Below are positions 49,573 through 63,239 of a stretch of 64,000 bases of DNA, piece by piece (the first letter of the stretch is position 1; every line of letters starts with the position of its first letter). Source of the DNA: Amoebidium appalachense. Taxonomy: Eukaryota > Protista > Ichthyosporea. Made by a program: the position numbers and the translations under genes. Location: the NCBI GenBank assembly GCA_963693365.1, contig CAVNZM010000014.1, forward strand, positions 5,456,001-5,520,000, written 5' to 3'. The notes beneath the pieces are model-generated. The model ran no database searches. It was not told the origin of the DNA and saw only the letters and a list, made by a program, of their open reading frames with translations.

Positions 49573-50768
49573 ACCACACACCTTGATCTTGCACATGTCG
49601 TCAAACATGTTGCTAATATCCTCCTCCAGCTCTTTGAACGTGTCCTTGACAGAGTAGACGTCCCCATACTCCACCTTCTTCGCCTATAAATACATAAGGT
49701 ATATGTTTGGTGGGGGAGACAGGGAGAGAAGGGGGGGAGATCGGGGGGGGGGGGGGGGGGGGGGGGGAGGGTGAGGGGGGTAAGCACATTCGTGTATGGA
49801 TTGAAGGTGGTGAGATGGGGGGGGTGGGGGGTGGTGGGGGGGGGGAGGGGGGAGGGGGGTGGGCGGGAGGGGGGGTTGGGGGGGGATGGGTGAGGGGGGG
49901 AAGGAGGGAGGGAGGGGAGGGGGGGGGGGGGAAGGGGGGGGGGGGTTAAGAGGGGGAGGGAAGGGGAGGGTTAAGGGGAGGGGGTGGGGGGGGAGGTACA
50001 TGTTGTGGATTAGGGTAAGGGGAGGGGTAGACAAAACAAAAAAACGAACATGGTGACACAAAGGGATGGGGGGGGAGGGGGGAGGGGGGGGGGGGGAAGG
50101 ACGGGTTGTGGGTGGGTGGTGGAGGGGGAGAAAGGGGGGAGGTTGGGGGGGGGGGGAGGGGGGGCGGAGGGGAAGGAAGGGGGAGGGGGGGATTGAACAG
50201 TAACTGTATTGCTTAAATTTTGCTTAAGGGGTGTGTTCTTGCGTGCGGGTAAGAGTGTGGGTGTGAAGGTTGTGTGCTTTCGGCCTGAGGAGAGGACATA
50301 CTTGAACTCATAACCGACTCACTTCGCTTCCCCCTCCCCTCTCCCCCTCCCCCGCTTCCCCCCCTCCTCCTCCCCTTCCCACCACCACACACACACCACA
50401 CACACACGTGTGTCTGTCTGTGTCTGTGTGTGAGGGGGAGGGCGGCGGGAGAGGGGGGGGGGGGGGGGGATTTATACCTCCATGATGCATTGTTTGATGT
50501 GGTCGATCGCCATCTGCCCCCAGTCCAGTCCGGCAATCTTGATAAGATTGGCTGCTCTCAGACTACGCAGAATCTGATTGGTGGAAAATCAGTAAGGCGG
50601 TGGCCCTGGCCAGGCTAGCATAGGTGGTGAACGGGTTACAGGCAGAATTTGGACACATAAAACATCATTTTTTCCCCCTAAGTTGTGATGGCATTGTTGT
50701 TTGGCGGAGAAACCGACCTTCCAAAGTGACGCGGATGTCGAAACATAGACTCCCCCCCCCCCCCCCCC

Positions 50769-50844
<76 letters not shown>

Positions 50845-50914
50845 TGCGACAAGGGAGGAGAGGTGGCCTCACACGAGCACATGCTTGTGCACGCGCAGAC
50901 ATGCGAGTGTGTGA

Positions 50915-50990
<76 letters not shown>

Positions 50991-52210
50991 GTGCACGCGT
51001 TTATGGTGATTGTAGTTGTTCTTGTGTCCCGGAAGAGGGGGCGAAGACGAGAGAGGAGGGGGGGAAAGGGCCGGGGGGGGGGGGGGGGGGAGGGGGGAGG
51101 GGGGGGGAGGGGGGGTTGGAAGGAGGGCGAGAGACGACGGGAGGGAGAGAGAGTGAGAAGAGCAGGGAAGGGGGGAAGGGGGAAAGGGGGAGACGAGGGG
51201 GAAAGAGGGGATGGGGAAGGGAAAGGGTGGGGAGGGGGGGGGGGGAGGGGGGGGAGGGGGAGGGAGGGAAATCACACACCTCCGTGCCCTTTGCAAGCAT
51301 TACTTTGGTACCGTTTTTCCCAGCATCTTCGAGCTCCGCCGTAAGAGCGACCATGACCTTTGAGGGCAGTATGTTGTCGATGCGAACACCCACAATTGGA
51401 AAATAAGTCCTTTGCACCTGTGAAATTAAATCATTTTAATTTTAATGGCATTTTTAGAGGATTTTGAATTGATTTGTTTAATCTCTTGAATGGCATAGGC
51501 ACCCTATTATTACACACCATACGTTTTTAGTTTGTGCCCCTATCGTTGAATAGTATTCAGAAAGCAGTGTTTTCCTCCCCGGTATGCGCATGCAGTGATA
51601 GCTACCAACAAATCATTATGATATGTACCTTTTCATGAAGGGGCACAAATGAAGTTACATAGATTTCAATTGATCTCGTTGTATCATCCATAAAATATGG
51701 TGTATGTGTATGTATGCTTGTGCGTGTGCGTGTGTGTGCGTGTGTTGTGCTTGTATGTGTGTGTGTGTGTGTGTGCTGGCGTGCGTGCGCGTGTGCGTGT
51801 AGGGGTATAAGGGGGGGGGGGGGGGGGGGGGGGGGAGTAAGCTCACCAGCTCGACCACAACCGATGGATCCAATCCCATGCAATTTTGAGACACCTCAGT
51901 GACGAAGGAATTGACTGCCAGAGTTGTGTCATCGGCTACCCGCCTGGCCATTTCCTTCAGTTGCATCTGAAAATCCATCATCACGGAGATCGAATTGATC
52001 GGGCGATCTGAATCTACCTCGGGGAGAGCTTTGCGGGTTGAGAGGGTGGTGGTGAGGCGCTGGGTGACGGCCTCGGCAGTGTGCAAGAAGTGGACGGTTG
52101 CTGTGTGGGGGGGGGGGGGGGGGAGGGGGGGGGGGGGGGGGGGGGAGAGGGAAATGGAGGAAGGGGGGGGGTGGGGGGGGTGAGAGGGCCCGGGGGGGTG
52201 GGGGGTTTGA

Positions 52211-52296
<86 letters not shown>

Positions 52297-52336
52297 GTGT
52301 GCGTGTGCGTGTGCGTGTGCGTGTGCGTGTGCCACG

Positions 52337-52393
<57 letters not shown>

Positions 52394-52833
52394 CGCGCGC
52401 GCGCGTGTACTTGGGGAGGAGGGGGGGGAGGGGGTTTGCATGTGTACGACCGCGTATGTGTGCATGGAAGGGGGGGGGGGGGGGGGAGGGGGGGGGGGAT
52501 AAATAGGCACGAAAGGGTAGGTGAGTGAGTGACGCTCCAAATGATAAAGGTGTAAATGAATGGCACATAGGCAGCCGGGAGGAGATGGGGAGGACACTAG
52601 GAAGTGAGAAAGGTTGGGGAGAAGGAGCGGGGGAGAGGTGGGTGGGGAGGGGGGGGTAAGATGACTGATCATTCTTTTTGCACGTGTTTTTGTGTGTGGG
52701 GATATGACCTACAGAACCTTGAGGGGGTTCATTAAAGCTGCTATTTTCGGATTTAGAAGAAGAAAACAGAAATTGTTCAAGATGAGAAACAATATACGGG
52801 CTTCTGAGCAATCCCGTGAGAGGGGTTTTTTTT

Positions 52834-52864
<31 letters not shown>

Positions 52865-53221
52865 GTGGTTCGGATAGAGGGGGTTGACTGCATAATGGGA
52901 ACTTCTAAGCCGACACCCTTAGGCGTGTGTGTGCGTACACACACACATACATACACACACACACATGTTATCATGGCACCATGACTGTTTGTTTATATAT
53001 TTAGAAGGGAGGAGTGGGAAGGGGGGAGAAGCTTTCTAGGGAGAAGTGTGTGTGTGTGTACGTGTGTGTGTATCTCTCTGTGAATGTATGTGTGTGTGTG
53101 TGTGTGATTGTGTGTGTGTGTGCCTGTGTGTTGGTGTGTGTGCCTGCATGTTCGTGTGTTGGGGAGGGGGGGGGGGTAGGGAGGTGGGAAGGGAGGGATT
53201 GTGTGTGTGTGTTGTGTGTGT

Positions 53222-53252
<31 letters not shown>

Positions 53253-56200
53253 GGGGGTGCAGATATATTCTCACCCGAGCTCAACTTCTGGTGGATGTCT
53301 TTTAACAGCCAGGCCGGTCTGCCACCCTTGTTCTGTAATTTGCTCACCAGGAGCCTGGATTTATTTATTTCATTTATTTATTTATTTATTTATTTGGGGG
53401 GGGGGAGGATAGGGAAGGAAGGAGGGGGGGGGGGGGGGGAAGGGGGGGGGGGGGGGGGGGGGGGGGGAGGGGGTAAGGGGCAGGGATAGTGTGTTATAAA
53501 ACAGTAGATGTGCTTTATCGAAAGAAATAAAAGTAAAAGGTGGAAGGGAAACTCAAAAAACTGAATGGTGTGGACTTATGGGTTTTGTGCGGGATACAAC
53601 GTTGAGTAAACACATGCGGGTATCTTTTCTCTCACCCCCCTCCCTCCCTCCCTCCCTCCCTCCCCCCCCCCCCCCCCCTCCCCCCCCCCCCCCCCCCCCC
53701 CCCCGCCCTCCCCTCTTTCCTTCCCCCCCTTTCTCTCTCTTCCCCTTTCTCCTTCCCTCACTCTCCCTCCCTCCTCGCCCCAATCCCCCCCCCCCCCCCC
53801 CCTCCCCCCTCCCCGTTCCCTCTCTCTCTCACTCATGTCGCTCTCTCTGAGCCTCTCCCTCCCCCCCCCCCCCCCCCCCCCCCCCCCCTCTCTCCCTCTC
53901 TCTTTCACTGTGTGCGTGTGTGTATGTGTTCGGGTGTTTGTGAACGGACGAACAAGCTGGATACGTGCAAAAATGGGGAGGGGGAAGTGAAAGTGTGGGT
54001 GGCAGGGGGCGGGGAGGGGGGAGGGATTACTTGTGTGGCCTGGGGAGGGGAAGTATGGTATTTTTCGGGGGGAAGGGGGGGGGGGGGGGGGGGGGGGGAG
54101 GGGGGGGGGGAGGGGGGAGGATTAACTGATAAAAATCAATGCGAGGAAAGGCAGTTGGGAGATCCGGATCCCATTCCGAAAGGGGAGAGAGAAGGTGGGG
54201 AGATGAGAAGGGGAGGAAGGTGGGTTTTCTCGTTCCTTCCTCCAGCTACCTGCCCGCCCCCCCCTTCCCCCCTCCCCCTCCCCCCTCCCCCTCCCCCCCC
54301 CCCCCCAAAAAAAAAAAAAAAAAAAAAAAAAAACACGATCCCCCTACCCGCTCCCCCCCTCCCCCTTCTCTTGCCCTCTCACTGCCGCCCTCCCTCCCCC
54401 CCCCCCCCCCCCCCCCCCCCTCCCCCCTCTCTCCCATCCCTGCCACATTTCTCCTTTTCTCTCCGTAGACGTCGCGTCCTTCTCCTTCCTCTTAATCTTT
54501 TTCTTGAGGAAAAAAAAAGGGGGGGGGGGGGGCTTTTGTTTGGATATCTCACTTGAAATGGAGCTAAAACTTTGCGCCGGCAGCAGCCGTGGCCTCAAAG
54601 GCCTTGATGTGGACCCTCGACTGAATGGCCTGGTGCAGGTGGAGGGTATTTTCGTTCACTCCGGCCACCCCATAGTACTTGACCTTGAGGATCTGCCGGG
54701 GGCACACCAGACTCGAGTGGTAGAGGTTTGAAAAAGCGCAGTAGCGGTCGAAAATGGACTGGCAGTCACGTGCTGGGGCGGGGATGGACGGTTCGTAGAC
54801 GGCACGTGAGCACTCGGCCTGGAGGGTGTCGTAGTCCTCCCGCCATTCCTCCTCCATCTGTTTGATGTGTGCAAAAGCGCATAGTGTCAGAGTGGGCATG
54901 TCGTATGTCGTGCTCCCCCCCTCCCCCCCCCCCCCTCCCCCAAACCACCACCACCACCAACAACAACTTCGCTGCCAAAAGAACGAGAGAAAGCAGCTCA
55001 AAACTTGAAGAAAAAAAAAAAAAAGAAAAAAAAAAAGAAAGGGAGAATAAGAAAGGAGTGAGAAAGAAAAACAGTAGAGACAGAAATAGGAGAGAAAACA
55101 ATAAATCAATGAACTTCTCCCTGGCAAATCATGCAACCCTACACTATGACACAAAGACCCAAATTTCCAATCTCCTCTTCTCCCGCCCCCCGCCCCCCTC
55201 TTCTCACCCCTTTCCCTTCGCTCTTAACCTGCACGTCCCAACACAGTCCGCACCCCACTACAAAAACATGCACACACAGGTGTCTTGTGTTTTCACTCAC
55301 AGCCATCCACAAATAAACGCCACGCACTGACACCTCGTAACATGCCCAACCTCGACACTAATTTGTGCATAGAGCATGAAGTGGCCGGAGGGTATAGACG
55401 TAACGGGGAAGAGGGGGTGTGAAACCAAAACGGGGAGGGGGGGGGAGGGGGGAGGTCAATTAGAAGGGGAGAATAATTAATTGAGACAGGAAGTGTATGG
55501 ATAGGAGGGAACCTGAATGGGGAAAAGAAAGAGAGAGAGGGCAAACAGAAAACAAGAGGGGAGAGGTGACGAGAATCTGAAGAAGAGGGACGGGTTTGGT
55601 GGTGAGGAAAAAATTTCGAACTTTGCGGGTAGGCTGGACGTGCGGTTCGTTAACATGGTAAAACTGGTGTCTATTTCTTTTTTTTTTGGTTGGGGGGGGG
55701 AGAGGGGGGGGGGGGGTAAGAGGGGGGGAAACGCAGGCAGGGGGGGGGGAATGGGGGGAGAGATGGCCGGGGGGGGGGGGGGGTTGAGGGTCATTGCTTA
55801 CCTTTTCCAGGTTTGTGGCCTTGAACACAGACATCAACACAAGACTCGTGTCTGTGCTCCTCGTGCCCATATCCACACACTCCCTTGTCACCAACAGCCC
55901 CCTCCGTTTCAACCCCCTTGTTCCCGCCTGAATAATACAGTCGGCTTGGCTGAGCAAATCAGTGGACTGCTCTCCCTCCCTCCGCCCATCCACCTTCCAC
56001 CCTGGGAGGTCGACGATTTTGTAGCTGCCCCACAAGCATGGGAGTGGGTGCACGACTACCACCTGCATGGGGGTTGCGGGGATGAAAATTGGGGGGGGGG
56101 GGGAAGGGGGGGGGGGGGGGGGGGAAGATGCTATTCTATAGCCTCATTCTTCCAATGCTAGGAAAAATTTCTTACAACCATAGGCACTGTCGTTCAAGGA

Positions 56201-56256
56201 TTTTCAATCATACACGCACACACACATTGATCTCTCTTTTTCTCTCTTTCTCTCTT

Positions 56257-56349
<93 letters not shown>

Positions 56350-57231
56350 CCCATTCCCCTACTCTCTCCCTCTCCCTCTCCCTTCCTCCCCTCCCCCCCT
56401 CCCTTCTTTAACACACTAAAACACTCACACACACTCTCACTCACTCTCTAGGGCATTGCTGCTCCCCTCCCACCTCTCCCCCGCCCCCTCTCTGCTTCCC
56501 TCATCCCCCCCGCCCCCCCCCCGCCCCCCAGCCTCCGTCTCTCCCTCCCTCCCCCCCCCCCCCCCCCCCCCCTCCGTCTCTCCCTCCCCCCCCCCCCCCC
56601 CCCCAAAAAAAAAAAAAAAAACCCACACAAATCAAACCAGTAACAGGAAAAGATGGGGGGGTGGGGGGAAGCCTAAAACCATTCACAATTGCCCTCTCTT
56701 TGGATTACGTTGCACTTCTCACGCCCTTCTTCTTCTTCTTCTTCTTCTTCTTCTTCTTCTTCTTCTTTTTTCCCTTTTTTTGAGGGGGGGAGGGGGGGGG
56801 GGGGGGGGAAGAGAGAGGGGGGGGGGGGGGGGGGGGGGGGGGGGAGGAGGGGGCAGGGAGGGGAGGGAGGGGGGTGGGGGGGTCTACCTTCTTGACCAGT
56901 TGTGTGGTGAGATGTTTTTGTATCAGTGCGGCCATGGTTTTAGGCATATCAGGGTCGGCAGGCACGAGATATGGTGGCAGAATTTGAGTGTCTTCACCCA
57001 CAGCAATGGCAACGAATATTTCTGTGGTGACGAGGGATGGGTGTTAGTACCTAAGTATTTTCCTTCTAGGATTGCATCGCTCTTCATTCTATGGAGTAGT
57101 TGTACTAGGGCTGAGTGAGAGGAATGGGTGGCTGGGTAGCTGAAAGTTTGGTGACGACGGTGGTGGTCAATGTGTGTATAGCGATTACTAACCTTCTGAT
57201 GAATTTATTTATTTATTTATGGGGGGGCGGG

Positions 57232-57262
<31 letters not shown>

Positions 57263-57601
57263 ATGCGCGTGGTTTTGCACATTTTTTAGGCAGGTGCGGG
57301 TTGAAGGAAAGGAGAAACAGAGGAGCACTGTCAGAAAGGTTTGGTGGTGGTGGTGGTGGTTGTGGGATGGGGTGGGGTTAGGGGTTGGGGGGTTTGGGGG
57401 GGGAGGGGAGTTGGGGGGGGGGGGGGGGGGGGGGGGGGGTGGAGGGTGAATATGGAAAAAGAGACACAGAAATCCGAGGACGGGTAGACTAGCTATAGGC
57501 GAGGTCTGATGTTTTTGGCAGTGTGCTTGGTGTGAATTCGTGTTTCACACCCACGCTTGTGAATGTGTACGTGTGTGGACCGGTTTCTTTTTTTTTTTTT
57601 T

Positions 57602-57647
<46 letters not shown>

Positions 57648-58652
57648 ACCCAGTTGTAGGTCTTTGCGCGGCTTGCTGCTCATTTCCAGAACAATCGGCA
57701 CCTTTCTGACTGCTGCCGTGCCCCCACCCACCGGCAGTGGCCACTTGCCATATACGGAAATATCCAGCCCAAGACGCTCAAAGTATTCAGGCGGGGTGCT
57801 CAGCTGGTTCGTGAGGGTCGTCTTGCCTGTTCTGGTAGTAAGGTCGGTAAGTATGTTTTGCAGTGCGCAAAAAGTGAATCGACGAGATTACAGTGGAAAA
57901 AGAAAACGAAGAGCAGATATGTCGGAAAGCAAAGTAGATAAACAGTGCATTTGTTGTCTGTAAATGTCTCGACTTGAAGTTAGATGGGTTTCACCATAGC
58001 TAAAAATGATGCTAAATAAGTAGCTTTATGGTGTCGATGAGTCGGTATAGACTTGTGAGCCGCCATTATAACATCCTTAGATCAATGATGGGCAGCATAA
58101 AAACCTTATGTATGATACAGCGTAAAATTACCAAAAAAAGACAGGGGAACACTTTGGGAACAAGAAACGGAGGCTTAGGAAGGTCAGGAAAGCCAGACTT
58201 TGGTTTTAAAAAATGTTCTACATTTCTTTTTATTCTTCGTGTCACGTGCCTATCTGGTAATGTATGTGTGTGTGTGTGTGCGCGCGCACGTGCATGCTCG
58301 CATGTGTGTGTGAACGCGTGTGTGCGCGTGCGTGTGTGTGCCCCCTGGGGGAGGGGGGGGGGGGGGAAGGGGGGAAGGGGGGGGGGGGGGGGGAGGCCTA
58401 CTGACCTGCACCCTCTTCACCGGTGAGAACGATTGTTGTAGTTTTCTTCTTGAGTTCCTGGGCAGCCGTCCATGCTTCTTGAAACGTCTCCTTGAGCTTG
58501 ATAAGACTCCTTCACTTCTCGTTTCCTCCTCCCAACTGCATGGGAAGGAAGAGTGGGTTAGAGACGGTGTTGCTATATTATTCCACGCCAACATATCGAA
58601 CAGACAAAATGTTTGTTAAATCACGTTCATCCCCATCCCCCCCCCCCCCCCC

Positions 58653-58701
<49 letters not shown>

Positions 58702-59393
58702 ACCACCACCAAAAAAAAAAAAAAAAAATAGGAAAAAAAAAAGAAGAAAAAAAAAGAAACAAACAAACAAACAAACAAACAAACAAACAAACATTTGCAT
58801 TATATGAAATCATCGAACTTCGAGAAAAGACCGAAAGAAGGGGAAAATTTTAAGAGAGGAAAAGAAGAAAAAAGAGAGAAGGAATGAAAAGACAGAAAAG
58901 AAAGAGAAAGGAGGAGTAGGGGAAGGAGAATAGGGACTGGGTAGTTTTGGATTCCAAATGTTGGGAGTAACGAGAAAGCGAATATGAAGTTCGGGTTTCA
59001 AAAAGAGGCAACGATAAAAGGACAGTCGAACGTGGGACCCACCTTGTTTTCGATTTCGTCATTGACTTTTTTCAGCTTGGTTTCCGTCAGTGCAACGACC
59101 TTGGCAGACAAAGATTGAGCCTCGACGTTGTAGCGCAGATTCTTGGGAATATCGGGCAAAGTTCTTTCGTTTGCATTCTTGCTGGGGGAGGAGGGAGAAG
59201 GTGTTTCTGTTGTGGTAAAAAAGGAATGACGGATTTTCTGTTGTGGTGGGGAGGGACGAAGTGTTTTCTGTGTAGCTGTGGTATGGGCTTGACTCCAGTT
59301 TGAGAGTGGGCTTGCCATGGCGATATGCATATTCATGTGAATCTCCGAAAAGTCTGCCTCTCCTTGGGAGAGATTGGGCTCGGATTCGCTCAT
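41300..59393 (-). CDS. Large multi-exon P-loop GTPase (dynamin/SLIP-GC-like N-terminus) with a probable degenerate GREB1/TAGT-like glycosyltransferase domain; two frame lesions (assembly error or pseudogene)
   Basis: Exons (minus): 59393-59043, 58535-58406, 57826-57650, 57021-56888, 56062-55802, 54857-54553, 53354-53275, 52803-52709, 52100-51847, 51417-51280, 50573-50478, 49683-49582, 48467-48375, 47663-~47130, 46533-46312, 45296-45127, (45001-44975 possible), 44534-44387, 43714-~43430. Further 3' exons near 42540-42625, 41697-41757 and 41450-41562 are uncertain, as is the 3' end. G1 [16 protein letters not shown], then PLPVGGG, G3 IVDLPG. Confidence 0.6.
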
Positions 59394-59999
59394 TTTCGTG
59401 TGAGTGCACAGGTGGAAACCACCTTCAGACAGCTCCTCCCAAGAAGGAAAAGAAGGAGAAAGGGAAGAAAAACAGTTCTCCAGAGGAGGAAAAAAAGAAA
59501 AAAGAAAAACGAAAACTATGGGTTTTGGTTTCCAAACTTCAATATAGTGCCGATGTGCAAAACCAGCAATGTTTTTTCGATTATTTGTGTAACTGGGGGT
59601 CGGTCTCTTCAGTCTCCCTAAGTAGGCCTGTTCCTTGACACAATGAACGTTAACATATTTGGTCTTGATCTTTATACAGGGAAATTCAAATGGAAGAACA
59701 TGACCGCATAAGGTTTCTCTTGCACGAAAAAGTGAATTCTACCTTTGCCTACCAGTGAGTACCAATATACAGAATTTTACCAAGAGCTGTGGTCAGAAAC
59801 GCACTGCAACTGTTAACGTTTGTATGGCAATGAAGGGACATTCGACGCTACACAACTCTTTACGTAGCTGTCTTTACACGCTAGTCTAAGAGCGCATTGT
59901 AGGCAGTGGGCCACGGACGACCAAAAAACAAGAACAAAAACAAAAACAAAAAAAGGAAACGCGCTGCGTCGAATGAAGTGTCAGAAGCTATCGCAAGAG

Positions 60000-60470
60000 G
60001 ACGAAACTGATTTGGTTGTGTCGTGTTTTTGCCCTTTTGTAGGCTCTTTGTAGGCCAACTTGACAGCTGTTTCCCGGGACCAGAAACCTCGAATTTCGCG
60101 CCACTGCATTCCTCAGATTCCTGCTAAGATTGAAAGCAGTGATTGGATAAGCAAAACAAATAACCATATATGGCCTTAAACCCGGGCATTACCTCACCGT
60201 GTCCAGTTATGGCCATTATAATCAGTTTCGAGCGCACCTTCAAGTGTTTTCTAGTCTTTGAAAGCTTCAAACAACCGAAATGTGAGCTCACGCATAAAGA
60301 AATGTATCTTCTCTGTCCACCAAAGTTGACTGTCAAAGTGTTTCTGTCCGGGTGCGTGCAGACTGAGTGACTGAGTGTCGAGTCGTCGACATCTGCAGTC
60401 GACTTCTGATTGGCTTATGAAGAAGATTGCTGATTGGTTAATGAAGCACTGATGTCTGATTGGTTGTCAA
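60000..60470. promoter_or_regulatory. Putative promoter with an E2F-like site and reverse CCAAT boxes upstream of the GTPase gene
   Basis: TTTCGCGCC at ~60094; TGATTGG at ~60140, ~60407, ~60431 and ~60457. Confidence 0.4.
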
Positions 60471-60959
60471 TGCATCACCAGGAATGCATTGGAAATCTGT
60501 ACTCTCTCACGGAGTCACGACAACGACTGTGATCACGTGCCGTTTGTTCAGGATCGTCGTGTCAGGAGGCGGGGGAGAAAGGGGAGTTGAGTCGTTACAT
60601 GAACCAATTCGTGAATGTGCGTGTACGCGTGGGTGCGCACGTGTGGGCGGGCGTGAGGGCGTGGGGGCGTGTGTGTGTGCATGTGTATGCACATGTGCAC
60701 TGTGCACGGCGTTCGTGTACGCATGTGTGTGCGTGTGAGCACGCGTGTGTGGTTGCGTAGGCCAGCGGCACAGGTGTGCGAGTGTCTGTAGTGTTTGGGG
60801 GGGCTCGGTAATACATTGGTAGACCGTTCAGCTGTCCACAATCGTGCACGGTCAATCGTTCAACTGCTTTCAATGCTGTATGATACCCTCCCTAACTACT
60901 ATGGTGCAAAAGTTGTATGTGTGGATGGGACGGAGTACGGTGGAGGTGGAGGTCTGCTC

Positions 60960-61057
<98 letters not shown>

Positions 61058-61465
61058 GTGACATGTTACGGTGTACGGTGTGTGTGTGTGTGTGTGACGG
61101 TGTGTCATGTGTGTTTTGTTAGACAACAGTGCTACTAGCTATTATACAGTCACAGATGATGAGAAATTTGTACTGATGCCAACTGCAACAAAGGCGAATA
61201 CAGACCAGCCGTACTCCTAGGCAGTAGCAAGAGCAATATCACTACCATCATCCCCCAATCAAACCACACCCATATCCACCGTAAAAAACAACTGAACACT
61301 TTGTTAATGGCAAGCATGTTTGCCACATTATGTAGCACACCACAAATCTTGCCACATCGTACTACTGAGTCAACCAATGAGAATGTCACAGAGAATCAGT
61401 GGTTCAATATTATTGTTAGTAGGTACTAAGTTACCGTAACCGTTTTGGCTGGTGGGGAGGCCTGG

Positions 61466-61865
61466 AGGACCGTTGAACCACATTGGCCGAGTCGACTTTC
61501 TCCGAGTAGAGCTATTCTGCAAAAAGCAGAACTATTCTACAAAAAGCAGAATTATTCTGCAGAAAGCAGATTTACTCGGCAAAAGCAGAACTACTCTGCA
61601 CTGAAAAGCAGAAATATTCTGCAAAAGCAATTACTATTCTGCTAAAAGCAGAATCATTCTGCTAGAATCATTCTGCTAAAAGCAGAAACATTCTGCTAAA
61701 AGCAGAATTATTCCGATGTCGAAAGCAGAATAATTCTGCTTTTTGCTGAATAATTCTGCTTTTGAGGAATAATTGCAGAATAACTCTGCTAAAAGCAGAG
61801 TGATTCTGCTTTCGCAGAATAATTCTGCTTTTTGCAAGTTGACTCTACCGATGTGGTTGGGTCCT
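61466..61865. mobile_element. Foldback/MITE-like element with ~30-bp imperfect TIRs and an internal inverted GCAGAA(T)TATTCTGC minisatellite
   Basis: Left end AGGACC-GTTG-AACCACATTGGCCGAGTCGACTT vs reverse complement of right end AGGACC-C-AACCACATCGGTAGAGTCAACTT. Flanks GCCTGG and GCCTAG (5/6 match). Internal ~20-bp units flip orientation near 61717. Confidence 0.65.
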
Positions 61866-62969
61866 GCCTAGTGCTCTTGCACGAGCGAGGCTGGGCAAAA
61901 CCCCTGGGGCGTGTACTAGCTAAATTAGTAGTGTGCTTGGCAGAGGTGTATTGGCTCAATCAGCTCAGCCTGGTTGCACCATCAGCACCCAATAAAAAAA
62001 CGAACAAAGCTGACGGTATAAACATTAGAAATCTTTGATAACCACACCAAAGGCCAAAAAAGGACCAAAGCTGAAGACCTATGAAGGAAGCTACATAAGA
62101 AAATGCCCTCAAATTCGTACTCTGGCACATTGACAAATTTATCAAGGGTCAGTGAAGGTAATGAACAAGCAAGAGATAGTTTGGTTTTTATTATTTAATT
62201 ATCTGTGATAGGAGCCAGGTCGAAGGCCCAAATACAGGATATATAATACCCACATGTACTAATTATTAGTCCCCACATATACCAAACATTTGTTGCTACA
62301 ATATGGGAACCCCTCAACTCTACATAACTGTAATGCTTACCCAGGCCGGGGCCAACACGGTGTCTTCTTCCAGGCACCATCCGAAATATACACGCCGTGA
62401 CATAAAAAAAAATGTTTCTGTTCAAAGGGTAGTCTCAGAAGACAAAAAATGTTTCATTGATATGGGCAACAAATATAAACTGGACAAAAGCCCTCTTCGA
62501 TCAAAGCAGGGAAAACCAACAAACATCGGGGAAGCTTGCGAGGTATAAATCTTTGGTACTTTGAAATTGTTAAGAGCGGTAAATAGGGCCGCGAGTCTAA
62601 GCTCCACATATCAATTAGTTATGCTCTATGATCTTATTACAGTGCATATAATAATAATAATAATAATAATAATAACTTAATAATAATAATAATAAAAAAT
62701 AAAAATAAAAACTGTCTCCTAGTGTTGCACGCAAGTCATCCGAAGGGTGCCCCCCACCCTTCCCCCCCCCCCCCCCCCCCCCCCCCCTCCCCCTCCCCCC
62801 CACACACACCAAGAAAAAAAAAGTGGGAGGTAGGAGAGGGGATACATACACATGTGAAACCCGCTACCCAACCTATTCGTAGACTTAAACATGACACCAA
62901 CAAGTGGAGGGTAAGAAAACAGCCCAGAGACGGGGAGAGAGGAGAAAGAGAGAAGTGCGTAGAGAGACG

Positions 62970-63023
<54 letters not shown>

Positions 63024-63026
63024 CGC

Positions 63027-63080
<54 letters not shown>

Positions 63081-63108
63081 TGCGCCTGTGTGCGCCACGA
63101 TATATGTG

Positions 63109-63152
<44 letters not shown>

Positions 63153-63239
63153 TTGGGAAGGGGGGAGGGAGGAGGGGATTAGGGCAACCAGCAATTCACA
63201 TCACTCTACCCCCAAACACGACAATGCACCGCAAATACA

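Noticed and set aside
58512-58514. Selenocysteine at the in-frame TGA
   Set aside because: No redox motif context and no SECIS element recognised.
62303-62548. 81-aa ORF MGTPQLYIT..
   Set aside because: No recognisable motif or supporting exon chain.
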